From NCBI GenBank assembly GCA_964016885.1, contig OZ024741.1:353896001-353960000 (forward strand): a stretch of DNA of 64,000 nt, written 5' to 3'. This document shows positions 14,741-31,299 of this stretch, one piece after another. Source of the stretch: Eledone cirrhosa. Its lineage: Eukaryota. Position 1 is the first letter of the stretch. Each line of letters begins with the position of its first letter. Under the pieces are notes generated by a model, which was not told the origin of the DNA, did not search any database, and saw only the letters and a list, made by a program, of their open reading frames with translations. The position numbers were made by a program, and so were the translations under genes.

Positions 14741-15051
14741 TTTGTGTGTGTGTGTGTGTGTGTTTGTGTGTGTGTTTGCATGTGTGGTTTTGTTTTATTT
14801 TTCCTTTCTTTCTTCTTTCTCCAGCCTCACTTTCATGTAGATTGCATTTTTGCTTTTTGTTTTTAGAATCCAAATTCAATAAACAGACCAGGATTTTTTC
14901 ATTCTGGGGATTGAAAGCAACATTTTTTGCTTTTAAGAAACCACTGGTAAATGGAATAATTGCCTTATGTTGTTTATTACATAATAATAATTAAGCTCTG
15001 TTGCTTACATAGAGCACTCTTTTTTCCTGGACTTTTCCGACGGAATTACTT

Positions 15052-15117
<66 letters not shown>

Positions 15118-15481
15118 CTGCGTCATATATATATGACTTTGTCTCAAACGTCGCCCTTACGATTCCATCAAGAGTTAAGAACCTTTTACATACCAAATAC
15201 CAAACCTGATATTCTACTGCTGTAATACCGTTGTCTCGATGTCAATTATCATAGAATTGTGTTTCTAAAAATTGTCAATTTATAAATTACAATTTCTTTT
15301 TAAGAAACGAAAACTACGATATTTCTATAGCAACAAATTTCTTCCTTTACAATTGCTCTGGATTTATATAAATAGACATTCTCAGAGCCCTTAAAGGAAT
15401 ATACAATCTAGATGAAAATAAAATATTAAGCTGTTTATACCGAACTTCCAAAATCAATAAAACAATATCCATGTATATTTA
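13041..15481. repeat. Fold-back inverted duplication (13041-13403 vs 15112-15481; ~13866-14153 vs ~14660-14986) with a perfect 24-bp-stem hairpin at 14154-14204
   Basis: Reverse-complement matches read directly. Apex AAGATTATTATACAGTTGACAGCG-ATA-CGCTGTCAACTGTATAATAATCTT. Confidence 0.9.
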
Positions 15482-15565
15482 GAATATACGATATCTTATA
15501 TCTTATACTGTCTTCCACATTAATTTCAATAAATCGTAGGTATCCTCAATAATTGTGTATCACAA

Positions 15566-15920
15566 GGGCGGTAGATTGGCAGTATCGATACAGCGTCGGA
15601 CAACATGCTTTGCAGCATAGAGTTACGGCCCTTTACGTTCAGATTTCAAATCCCACCGGGGTTAACTTTGCCTTTTATTCTTACGGGATCGATAAAATAG
15701 ACCACCAGTAATGCACTGGGGTTGATTTAATCGACTTTCTCCTCGCTTCAATAGTAGAAATCACTGTTATTATTATTATTTTAGTTCAAATCCCATCTAG
15801 GTTAGCTTTTCCATTCATTCTTATGAGGTCGATAAAATAAAGCACCAGTAATGGGGTTGATTTAATCGACTTTCACCTCTCTCCAAATTGCTGAGCCTGT
15901 GCCTATAGTAGAAATCATTA
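15566..15920 (+). mobile_element. tRNA-type SINE, one near-full copy plus a partial second copy
   Basis: Head GGCGGTAGATTGGCAG, B-box-like (G)TTCAAATCC, body CTTTGCCTTT..GATCGATAAAATA, (ATT)n tail. Many related copies in the window. Confidence 0.75.
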
Positions 15921-16178
15921 TGTATCACAACATAAATGTTTCCCTGTCAATATTAAAAGAAAGCTACGATACACCCCGTTAATTTAATCCCAGTGGCCTC
16001 CTACGTACTTGTATTTCACATATGTTGTTCTCAACTAAAACTAACAATTTATCATAGTTACGATTAACCATATCTAAAAGGCGTGCATTGTAAAAATAAG
16101 CGTCCAACACCACATCAATTCAAAGTGTGCGTTCAGTATCAACAAAGACTCGCGTTCTGTGCACATTATACACACACA

Positions 16179-16922
<744 letters not shown>

Positions 16923-17000
16923 ATAATATATATATATATATATATTATATATACATAATATATATATATATGTATATATATATATGTATATATATATATG

Positions 17001-17069
<69 letters not shown>

Positions 17070-17071
<2 letters not shown>

Positions 17072-17266
17072 GATGTGAGAAAAACCACAGACCCTCCATC
17101 TCAACTCTACTTTTGAAAAGCAGAAGAACTGCGAAACCGGTAAAGGAACCAAATAAATATATATATTTTTTTTTTAAATAAGACTCCAGTTGCATTTTCG
17201 ATTTCATCTTTTTTTCTTTATACTTTCACTCGTGTAGGACACCTCGGTTATTTTTCATTTTGTAAA
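17070..17266 (+). repeat. ~195-bp dispersed element with a degenerate minimal hammerhead (17110-17145); inverted near-identical copy at 37027-37222
   Basis: TTGAAAA-GCAG-AAGAA-CTGC-GAAAC-CG-GTA. Reverse-complement match to 37027-37222. Confidence 0.75.
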
Positions 17267-17279
17267 CAAAACCTCACTT

Positions 17280-17335
17280 TAAGTATATATATATATAAGT
17301 ATATATATATGTATATATATATGTATATATATATG

Positions 17336-17366
<31 letters not shown>

Positions 17367-17455
17367 GTATATATATATATATGTATATATATATATGTAT
17401 ATATATATATATGTATATATATATTTATGTATATATATATATATATGTGTATATG

Positions 17456-17486
<31 letters not shown>

Positions 17487-17519
17487 GTATATATATATGT
17501 ATATGTATATATATATATG

Positions 17520-17569
<50 letters not shown>

Positions 17570-17682
17570 TATATAGATATATATATAGAGATATATATAT
17601 AGATATATATATATATATAGAGATATATATATATAGATATATATAGAGATATATATATATAGAGAGAGACAGAGAGATATAT
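17280..17682. repeat. (TA)n-rich low-complexity tract
   Basis: Direct reading. Confidence 0.95.
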
Positions 17683-17799
17683 ATAAGTTGAAATGAAATG
17701 AAAACGAAATTTCATTTCTCACGCTTAGTACGGCACTTACTTAAATGTAAGTATGTATGTATACGTACATACATATATGTATACAGACGTACAGTGGCA

Positions 17800-17853
<54 letters not shown>

Positions 17854-18010
17854 TATACATACAGGTACACATACATATATGCACGTATCAGTTTAGCGGA
17901 CGCTTATTATAACGCCGCTTTGTTCGTTTGTAAACAAACTGAACAGCCTGAATTTATGCCATACGGTGTTAAGGCAACCACGTCACCTTTTTGTTCAACA
18001 CTGACACAGG

Positions 18011-18055
18011 AACGATGTACTAGTTTCAAGCTTGTTAACTATCATCAGCAACGTA
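18011..18055 (-). ncRNA. Minimal type I hammerhead ribozyme, unit 1 (one stem I mismatch)
   Basis: ACGTTG-CTGATGA-T-AGTT AACA AGCT-T-GAAAC TA GTA/CATCGT. Confidence 0.72.
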
Positions 18056-18290
18056 TACCCTTCTGCCAGATAGTTGAACGTTCGAAAGTATATACTTTCC
18101 TTATGAAAATTAACGGCTGAGAGGCCTAATTTGCATATCGAGTGAGTTAAATCGGTCAGGCATACCGAAAACGATAAGTTGAAATAAAATGAAAACGAAA
18201 TTTCATTTCTCACTCTTAGTACGGCACTTACTTAATTGTAAGTATGTATGTTTACGTACATACATATATGTATACAGACGTACAGTGGCA

Positions 18291-18386
<96 letters not shown>

Positions 18387-18543
18387 TATACATACAGGTA
18401 CACATACATATATGCACGTATCAGTTTAGCCGACGCTTATTATAACGCCACTTTGTTCGTTTGTAAACAAACTGAACAGCCTGAATTTATGCCATACGGT
18501 GTTAAGGCAACCACGTCACCTTTTTGTTCAACACTGATACAGG

Positions 18544-18588
18544 AACGATGTACTAGTTTCAAGCTTGTTAGCTATCATCAGCACCGTT
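18544..18588 (-). ncRNA. Minimal type I hammerhead ribozyme, unit 2
   Basis: AACGGTG-CTGATGA-T-AGCT AACA AGCT-T-GAAAC TA GTA/CATCGTT. Confidence 0.8.
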
Positions 18589-18825
18589 TACCCATATGCC
18601 AGATAGTTGAACGTTCGAAAGTATATACTTTCCTTATGAAAATTAACGGCTGAACAGCCTAATTTGCATATTGAGTGAGTTAAATCGGTCAGGCATACTG
18701 AAAACGATAAGTTGAAAAAAAAAATGAAAACGAAATTTCATTTCTCACTCTTAGTATGGCACTTACTTAAATGTTAATATGTATGTATACGTACATACAT
18801 ATATGTATACAGTCGTACAGTAGCA

Positions 18826-18865
<40 letters not shown>

Positions 18866-19024
18866 TTCACACAGGTACACATACATATATGCACGCATCA
18901 GTTTAGCCGACGTTTATTATAACGCAGCTTTGTTCGTTTGTTTGTCAACAAAGCGAACAGCCTGAATTCATGCCATACGGTGTTAAGGCAACCACGTCAC
19001 CTTTTTGTTCAACACTGATACAGG

Positions 19025-19069
19025 AACGATGTACTAGTTTCAAGCTTGTTAGCTATCATCAGGACCGTT
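19025..19069 (-). ncRNA. Minimal type I hammerhead ribozyme, unit 3 (first stem I pair mutated)
   Basis: As unit 2 but AACGGTC-CTGATGA. Confidence 0.68.
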
Positions 19070-19304
19070 TACCCATCTGCCAGATAGTTGAACGTTCGAA
19101 AGTATATACTTTCCTTATGAAAATTAACGGCTGAGCAGCCTAATTTGCATATTTAGTGAGTTAAATCGGTCAGGCATACCGAAAACGATAAGTTGAAAAA
19201 AAATGAAAACGAAATTTCATTTCTCACTCTTAGTATGGCACTTACTTAAATGTAAATATGTATGTATACGTACACACATATATGTATACAGACGTACAGT
19301 AGCA

Positions 19305-19358
<54 letters not shown>

Positions 19359-19527
19359 CATACATATATGCACACAGGTACACATACATATATGCACGCA
19401 TCAGTTTAGCCGACGTTTATTATAACGCAGCTTTGTTCATTTGTTTGTCAACAAAGCGAACAGCCTGAATTTATGCCATACGGTGTTAAGGCAACCACGT
19501 CACCTTTTTGTACAACACTGACACAGG

Positions 19528-19572
19528 AACGATGTACTAGTTTCAAGCTTGTTAGCTATCATCAGCACCGTT
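19528..19572 (-). ncRNA. Minimal type I hammerhead ribozyme, unit 4
   Basis: Same motif as unit 2. Confidence 0.8.
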
Positions 19573-19808
19573 TACCCATCTGCCAGATAGTTGAACGTTC
19601 GAAAGTATATACTTTCCTTATGAAAATTAACGGCTGAGCAGCTTAATTTGCATACTGAGTGAGTTAAATCGGTCAGGCATACCGAAAACGATAAGTTGAA
19701 AAAAAAATGAAAACGAAATTTCATTTCTCACTCTTAGTATGGCACTTACTTAAATGTAAATATGTATGTATACGTACATACATATATGTATACAGACGTA
19801 CAATAGCA

Positions 19809-19876
<68 letters not shown>

Positions 19877-20035
19877 TGCACACAGGTACACATACATATA
19901 TGCACGCATCAGTTTAGCCGACGTTTATTATAACGCAGCTTTGTTCGTTTGTTTGTCAACAAAGCGAACAGCCTGAATTTATGCCATACGGTGTTAAGGC
20001 AACCACGTCACCTTTTTGTTCAACACTGACACAGG

Positions 20036-20080
20036 AACGATGTACTAGTTTCAAGCTTGTTAGCTATCATCAGCACCGTT
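20036..20080 (-). ncRNA. Minimal type I hammerhead ribozyme, unit 5
   Basis: Same motif as unit 2. Confidence 0.8.
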
Positions 20081-20316
20081 TACCCATCTGCCAGATAGTT
20101 GAACGTTCGAAAGTATATACTTTCCTTATGAAAATTAACGGCTGAGCAGCCTAATTTGCATATTGAGTGAGTTAAATCGGTCAGGCATACCGAAAACGAT
20201 AAGTTGAAAAAGAAATGAAAACGAAATTTCATTTCTCACTCTTAGTATGGCACTTACTTAAATGTAAATATGTATGTATACGTACATACATATATGTATA
20301 CAGACGTACAGTAGCA

Positions 20317-20378
<62 letters not shown>

Positions 20379-20537
20379 TGCACACAGGTACACATACATA
20401 TATGCACGCATCAGTTTAGCCGACGTTTATTATAACGCAGCTTTGTTCGTTTGTTTGTCAACAAAGCGAACAGCCTGAATTTATGCCATACGGTGTTAAG
20501 GCAACCACGTCACCTTTTTGTTCAACACTGACACAGG

Positions 20538-20582
20538 AACGATGTACTAGTTTCAAGCTTGTTAGCTATCATCAGCACCGTT
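20538..20582 (-). ncRNA. Minimal type I hammerhead ribozyme, unit 6
   Basis: Same motif as unit 2. Confidence 0.8.
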
Positions 20583-20819
20583 TACCCATCTGCCAGATAG
20601 TTGAACGTTCGAAAGTATATACTTTCCTTATGAAAATTAACGGCTGAGCAGCCTAATTTGCATATTGAGTGAGTTAAATCGGTCAGGCATACCGAAAACG
20701 ATAAGTTGAAAAAAAAAATGAAAACGAAATTTCATTTCTCACTCTTAGTATGGCACTTACTTAAATGTAAATATGTATGTATACGTACATACATATATGT
20801 ATACAGACGTACAGTAGCA

Positions 20820-20881
<62 letters not shown>

Positions 20882-21040
20882 TGCACACAGGTACACATAC
20901 ATATATGCACGCCTCAGTTTAGCCGACGTTTATTATAAGGCAGCTTTGTTCGTTTGTTTGTCAACAAAGCGAACAGCCTGTATTTATGCCATACGGTGTT
21001 AAGGCAACCACGTCACCTTTTTGTTCAACACTGACACAGG

Positions 21041-21085
21041 AACGATGTACTAGTTTCAAGCTTGTTAGCTATCATCAGCACCGTT
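21041..21085 (-). ncRNA. Minimal type I hammerhead ribozyme, unit 7
   Basis: Same motif as unit 2. Confidence 0.8.
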
Positions 21086-21322
21086 TACCCATCTGCCAGA
21101 TAGTTGAACGTTCGAAAGTATATACTTTCCTTATGAAAATTAACGGCTGAGCAGCCTAATTTGCATATTGAGTGAGTTAAATCGGTCAGGCATACCGAAA
21201 ACGATAAGTTGAAAAAAAAAATGAAAACGAAATTTCATTTCTCACTCTTAGTATGGCACTTACTTAAATGTAAATATGTATGTATACGTACATACATATA
21301 TGTATACAGACGTACAGTAGCA

Positions 21323-21400
<78 letters not shown>

Positions 21401-21562
21401 TGCACGCATCAGTTTAGCCGACGTTTATTATAACGCAGCTTTGTTCGTTTGTTTGTCAACAAAGCGAACAGCCTGAAATTATGTCATACGGTGTTAAGGC
21501 AACCACGTCACCTTTTTGTTCAACACTGACACAGGAACGATGTACTAGTTTCAAGCTTGTTA

Positions 21563-21599
21563 GCGTGCATATATGTATGTGTACCTGTGTGCATATATG

Positions 21600-21643
<44 letters not shown>

Positions 21644-22161
21644 TGCTACTGTACGTCTGTATACATATATGTATGCACGTATACATACATATTTACATTT
21701 AAGTAAGTGCCATACTAAGAGTGAGAAATGAAATTTCGTTTTCATTTTTTTTTCAACTTATCGTTTTCGGTATGCCTGACCGATTTAACTCACTCAATAT
21801 GCAAATTAGGCTGCTCAGCCGTTAATTTTCATAAGGAAAGTATATACTTTCGAACGTTCAACTATCTGGCAGATGGGTAAACGGTGCTGATGATAGCTAA
21901 CAAGCTTGAAACTAGTACATCGTTCCTGTGTCAGTGTTGAACAAAAAGGTGACGTGGTTGCCTTAACACCGTATGGCATAAATTCAGGCTGTTCGCTTTG
22001 TTGACAAACAAACGAACAAAGCTGCGTTATAATAAACGTCGGCTAAACTGATGCGTGCATATATGTATGTGTACCTGTGTGCATATATGTATATATATAT
22101 GCATGCTACTGTACGTCTGTATACATATATGTATGTACGTATATATACATATTTACATTTA
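21563..22161 (+). repeat. Inverted ~1.2-unit copy of the hammerhead repeat
   Basis: Reverse complement of the array unit. Junction AAGCTTGTTA-GC-GTGCATATATG. Confidence 0.93.
21880..21924 (+). ncRNA. Minimal type I hammerhead ribozyme in the inverted unit
   Basis: AACGGTG CTGATGA T AGCT AACA AGCT T GAAAC TA GTA CATCGTT read directly on the plus strand. Confidence 0.8.
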
Positions 22162-22204
22162 TATAGATATAGATATATATATATAGATATAAATATATAT
22201 AGAT

Positions 22205-22247
<43 letters not shown>

Positions 22248-22298
22248 TATAGATATATATATATAGATATATATATAGATATATATAGATATAGATAT

Positions 22299-22359
<61 letters not shown>

Positions 22360-22517
22360 TATAGATATATATATATAGATATATATATAGATATATATAT
22401 AGATATATATATATATATATAGATATATATAGATATAGATATATATAGATATAGATATATATAGATATATATATATATAGATATATATATATAGAGATAT
22501 ATAGATATATAGATATA
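22162..22517. repeat. (TA)n/(TAGATA)n low-complexity tract
   Basis: Direct reading. Confidence 0.93.
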
Positions 22518-22557
22518 GATATTAAATAAATGGAAACTATATTTATAAAACCATATT

Positions 22558-22619
22558 TATTCTATTATATATATTTCAAGGGTACCAAACATTTTGGTAC
22601 GCTATCATCAGATAAAATA
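22558..22619 (-). ncRNA. Minimal type I hammerhead ribozyme (left arm of palindrome)
   Basis: Mirror copy of 22754-22815. Confidence 0.65.
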
Positions 22620-22753
22620 CGAAATCTTCTATAAATATTTGACATGACCAAGGATAATATACCTTAACGGTTCAAGTTATCCCTTTCCAGGGATAACTTG
22701 AACCGTTAAGGTATATTATCCTTGGTCATGTCAAATATTTATAGAAGATTTTG

Positions 22754-22815
22754 TATTTTATCTGATGATAGCGTACCAAAATTTTTGGTACCCTTGAAAT
22801 ATATATAATAGAATA
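22754..22815 (+). ncRNA. Minimal type I hammerhead ribozyme (right arm of palindrome)
   Basis: TATTTTAT-CTGATGA-T-AGCGTACCAAAA T TTTTGGTACCCT-T-GAAAT ATAT ATA/ATAGAATA. 8-bp stem I, long stem II, palindromic stem III. Confidence 0.68.
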
Positions 22816-22949
22816 AATATGGTTTTATAAATATAGTTTCCATTTATTTAATATCATTGAATACTTACTCCAGAAACTGTCGAGTGCTCTGAATCAGTTA
22901 TGAACATCTATATTCGTTGGATTTCCAACAAATTAAATATCTCTTCTAC

Positions 22950-27550
<4,601 letters not shown>

Positions 27551-27570
27551 GAGAGATAGATAGACAGATA

Positions 27571-30500
27571 TGTTTCTTTTATTTGCCACTAGGGCATCAA
27601 AAGTGGGACAAGTACAAAGGGGGGAGTTTACACAAAAAGGCGTCCTCAATAAGGAGGAGGCAATAACAAAATATAAAAATAAAATAAGATATAACAAAAA
27701 ATAAAATTTTTAACAAAATCCTCAATAGAGAGGAGGCGCCTTGGGGGGTCGCACACACCCCCGAAAAAAGTGTGCAACCCTTTTCCTCAGGAGCACAGAG
27801 AGGGGGTGCTCCCTCGTTCCTTCCTCTTTTCCACCTACAGGCTTATGTAAAGAGAAGGCCCATTCACACGGGCCATTCTCGCCACTTTCACCCACCTTTC
27901 ATAAAAACGACTGGGGTGCAGCACCTCTCTCTCCATCCTGATCCTTCTTCCGAAATGATATCGGAAGAAACGGACCAGTTGTTGGCCAGAGAGAAAGGTG
28001 CCTGACCTCAGTCCTTTCAGACGCGTCCACCATACAACCTCTTTCGCCATGGCTATTACGCACAGAAACACCGCCTCTGCTTCATCTTTGAAGGGGGGAG
28101 GCGGCTTGATCATTACAATAGACTCGGTGGTCAACCGGATCGGTCCCACCCTTGACAGCAGTTGTTCGACATAGCCCCACAGATCGGCTACGCCCGAGCA
28201 GTGTACCAATGCGTGTGCAACGGTTTCCTCGTCGCACACGCATCTGGGACAGATCTTTTTGGCGGGGTCCCTACCCGGGCGCCCGTGTCTGTAGAGCCTT
28301 TCTCGAACGGGTAAAGCCCCTCGGTAGCACTGCCAGGCCAGGGACTTCTGGAAGTTGTCCATAGGTCCCGGGCTGAATGTCCTACCGAACAGGCTGGCCA
28401 GTTCGTCCTCCTCCATGTCTAGGGCTTCTCCGAGGGCGTCGTCGCACCTGCTGCGTACCAGCCCTCTATAGAATGTTGCGGTGGAGTCTCCACTGATAAC
28501 CGGATCCGCCTGCCAGAGGGCGGTGAGCGCCTGGGCACACTCAGTGTGCCAGGCGCCCAGTTTTCTCGGTCTTTGCTTCACCCAGGATTGCAGCTCGGTG
28601 AGTGAGACGAGTCTGGGAAAGGTTCGTCTCACAAACGAGGCCCACACCGGTTGTCCGGTGAGGAATACGTAGAGGTGCCGTAGCCTTAATGCGTGTTTAC
28701 GCATCATTAGCCACGGCATCCCCAGCCCTCCTTTCGAAGGGTGTTGACAGCAGATGGATCTCCTCACCATAGGAGCCCGCCTCTTCCAAAGGAATTGGAA
28801 GAGAGCGCGCTCCATCTTGGCGAGGGTTTCCCTTGGGCAGGGCACTACGGTCAGGCGGTAGTAGATGACGGACGCTATATAAGTGTTCGCCACCTCCGCC
28901 CGACCTTTCAGGGATAGTTTGCAACTGGCCCACTTCTGGGTCAGTGCAAACACCCTGTTCGTAACCTCCGCCCAGTTTTTCTCCACCTGGAGGTCCGGTC
29001 CGAACCAGACCCCGAGCAACTTCACCGGGCCCTCCGTCCAGCGTCCGACGACGCCATCGGAGGGCATCGGTCTGCCCCTCCACGTACCGAGTTGCAAACC
29101 GATCGACTTGTCCCGGTTCAGCTTAGCCCCTGTGAACTTTTCGTACTCCTCCAGTAAGGTGCCGACCGCCTCGATTTCGGAGGCCGTCGACACAATTACT
29201 GTCACATCATCGGCGTAGGCTGACACCGCTTTCCGCAATCCCGGTTCCAAAGGGATGCCCTGCAACAACTCCAACTTCCGCAGTAGTGGCTCGAGAGTCA
29301 ACACATACAGAAGGGAGGAGAGGGGGCACCCTTGTCGGATGGACCGCGCGATTTTGAACGGCTCCGAGAGGTAGCCGTTCACCTTGACCCTAGAGCAGAT
29401 GCGGCTGCTGTGCATAGCAGTGATCCAGCCCCTGAAAACGGGTCCGAAGCCTGCCGCCGCTAGCACCGCATCCAGGTAACCATGGTCGACCCTATCGAAC
29501 GCCTTAGATTGATCCAAGTTGATCAGAGCCCCACCAAAGCCGGGTTCGTTCCCAACCCTCTCTATGATGTATCGCATGAGGTGGAGGTTGTCATGGATGG
29601 ACCTGGACGGGATAGCGCATGTCTGCGCATCTCCCACCAGGTTGCCCACGACAAGCGCCAACCTCTTTGCTAGCACCTTGGCCAAAATCTGTAACTCTGT
29701 ATTTAGCAGAGTTATGGGCCTGAAGTTAGTTATTTCGTCCCCCTTCTTCTCGTCCTTCCTCACTAGCGTGACTACGCCCTTGGTCACAGTACAGGGAATT
29801 CTCCCGTTCTGTTGCCAGTTGCAGTAGACCGCCTCGAGGAGATCGGGGAACAAGTCCGGCATAGCTAGATATAATTCGTAAGGAAGACCATCGAGACCCG
29901 GGGATTTGCGTTTGCCGCATTGGCTCAGCACGTCCTCTATCTCAGCGGCCGAAATCGGCTCCTCGCAGGACTTCGCCTCCCTGTCCGAGAGGCGCGGCAG
30001 GCCGTCGAGGTATGGACCGAAGTCCACGTTCCCAACCGGCTCCCCGCTCCTCCCGAACAGTCGGGCAAAGTGCCTTTGAAAGGCCTCACACATCTGCTTA
30101 GGCTCAAGAATCGCCCGTCCATCCAGGTCTCGCAAAGACCGGATGGTGGATTTAGTTCCACTGTTGGCCTCTGTCACGCGGGCCCAGCTAACAGCTTTGG
30201 TCCCCTCGTTCCCTGGAGCACGTATTTTACTTCGGACAACGCAACCTTCGTGCTTCGCGTCGAAAAACTGGCTCAAAGCCGTTCTCGACGCTAGCACTCT
30301 GGCCACGTCGCCGCTTCTAATTGCCTCTTCTACTCTATCTATTAGCTCCCTTTCCTTCCTATTCCTATCCGCAGCTAGAACCTTACTAAATTCAATCGAG
30401 ACTACTCTAATCTCTCTCTTTAGAGATACCCACCACCTGCTGTTGACGATCGCTCCAGTCAACCGTTCCTTAACTAACGTACTAATCCGATTCCTGTAGG

Positions 30501-30647
30501 CTCTACTTGCCGGCAAGGACAAGTTGAGCTTCCAGTAACCGGGGCCCTGTCTATGCGTTCTATCAAGGTTGACCATGCAGGTCACCAACTTGTGGTCTGA
30601 ATAGCCAACCATGAGCATTTCTGGACAGCTTAAAAAGTCCCTGTCCT

Positions 30648-30648
<1 letters not shown>
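27571..30648 (-). mobile_element. Tx1-like LINE copy T6, 5'-truncated, uninterrupted ORF2
   Basis: 3'UTR 27571-27834. GATA/GACA tract at the 3' end and GATA tract 30649-30755 at the 5' end. Confidence 0.95.
27835..30648 (-). CDS. Tx1 ORF2, N-terminally truncated: endonuclease C-terminus, reverse transcriptase, C-terminal zinc finger
   Basis: SDHK, SPGLDG, FRPITLLN, DQSKAFDRV, QGCPLS, YADD, CPRC..ETVAHALVHC. The first ~41 aa of the listed ORF are microsatellite read-through. Confidence 0.9.
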
Positions 30649-30707
<59 letters not shown>

Positions 30708-30708
30708 C

Positions 30709-30755
<47 letters not shown>

Positions 30756-30756
<1 letters not shown>

Positions 30757-31014
30757 TTCTTTATTAGCCACAGGGGCACAAAAGAAGGGGACAAGTACAA
30801 AGGGGGAAGTTTACATACAATAAAAACGTGTAAAATGTTATCACAAATGGAATTTAAAAAGTTAGTCGATTTTCCCCAATAGAGGGAGACAGTTTATATG
30901 GGTAACACATACCCCCGAAAAAAAATGTGCAACCCTCATCTCCAGGAGTACGAAGAGTTTGTACTCCTTTCCTCTCCTCCTCCTTTTCCTCAACCTACAG
31001 GCTGATATAGAGAG

Positions 31015-31016
<2 letters not shown>
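30756..31016 (-). mobile_element. Tx1 3' fragment T7 (~260 bp) between GATA tracts
   Basis: Complete 3'UTR plus the last ORF2 codons. GATA tract 31017-31068. Confidence 0.9.
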
Positions 31017-31069
<53 letters not shown>

Positions 31070-31299
31070 ATTTCTATTTATTTGCCACGAGGGCACAAAA
31101 GAAGGGGACATTTACACAGTGGGGGAGTTTACATAAATCGAGTAAAGAAAGAAGGAATAACAATAATAATATAACAATAAAAGTCCTCAAAAGGGAGGGG
31201 GCGTGTTGGGGATTGCACATACCCCCGAAAAGTGTGCAACTCTTTTCGCGGGGGAAGCCCAGAGAGGAGGCGCTCCCCCTTTCCTCTTCACTTCTTCAC

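Larger units (their letters stand above)
17683..21564 (-). repeat. Tandem array of ~8 units of ~480-530 bp, each with an internal (TA)n and a minimal type I hammerhead ribozyme (retrozyme or Penelope pLTR-like)
   Basis: Unit starts (ATAAGTTGAAA) at ~17683, 18175, 18708, 19188, 19692, 20199, 20701, 21205. Length variation comes mostly from the TA tract. Confidence 0.95.
22518..22855. repeat. Near-perfect palindrome: 167-bp arms, TTCC loop (22685-22688), 2 mismatches; Penelope pLTR-like
   Basis: Arms compared base by base by eye. Confidence 0.95.

Noticed and set aside
27760-27800. Hammerhead in the Tx1 3'UTR (sense CTGAGGA; antisense CGAAA)
   Set aside because: The motifs lie on opposite strands and CTGANGA is not conserved in most copies.
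30649-30771. N-terminus MANKEIYLSIYLS of the 978-aa ORF
   Set aside because: Read-through of (TATC)n and the T7 terminus from a GTG, not a genuine start.
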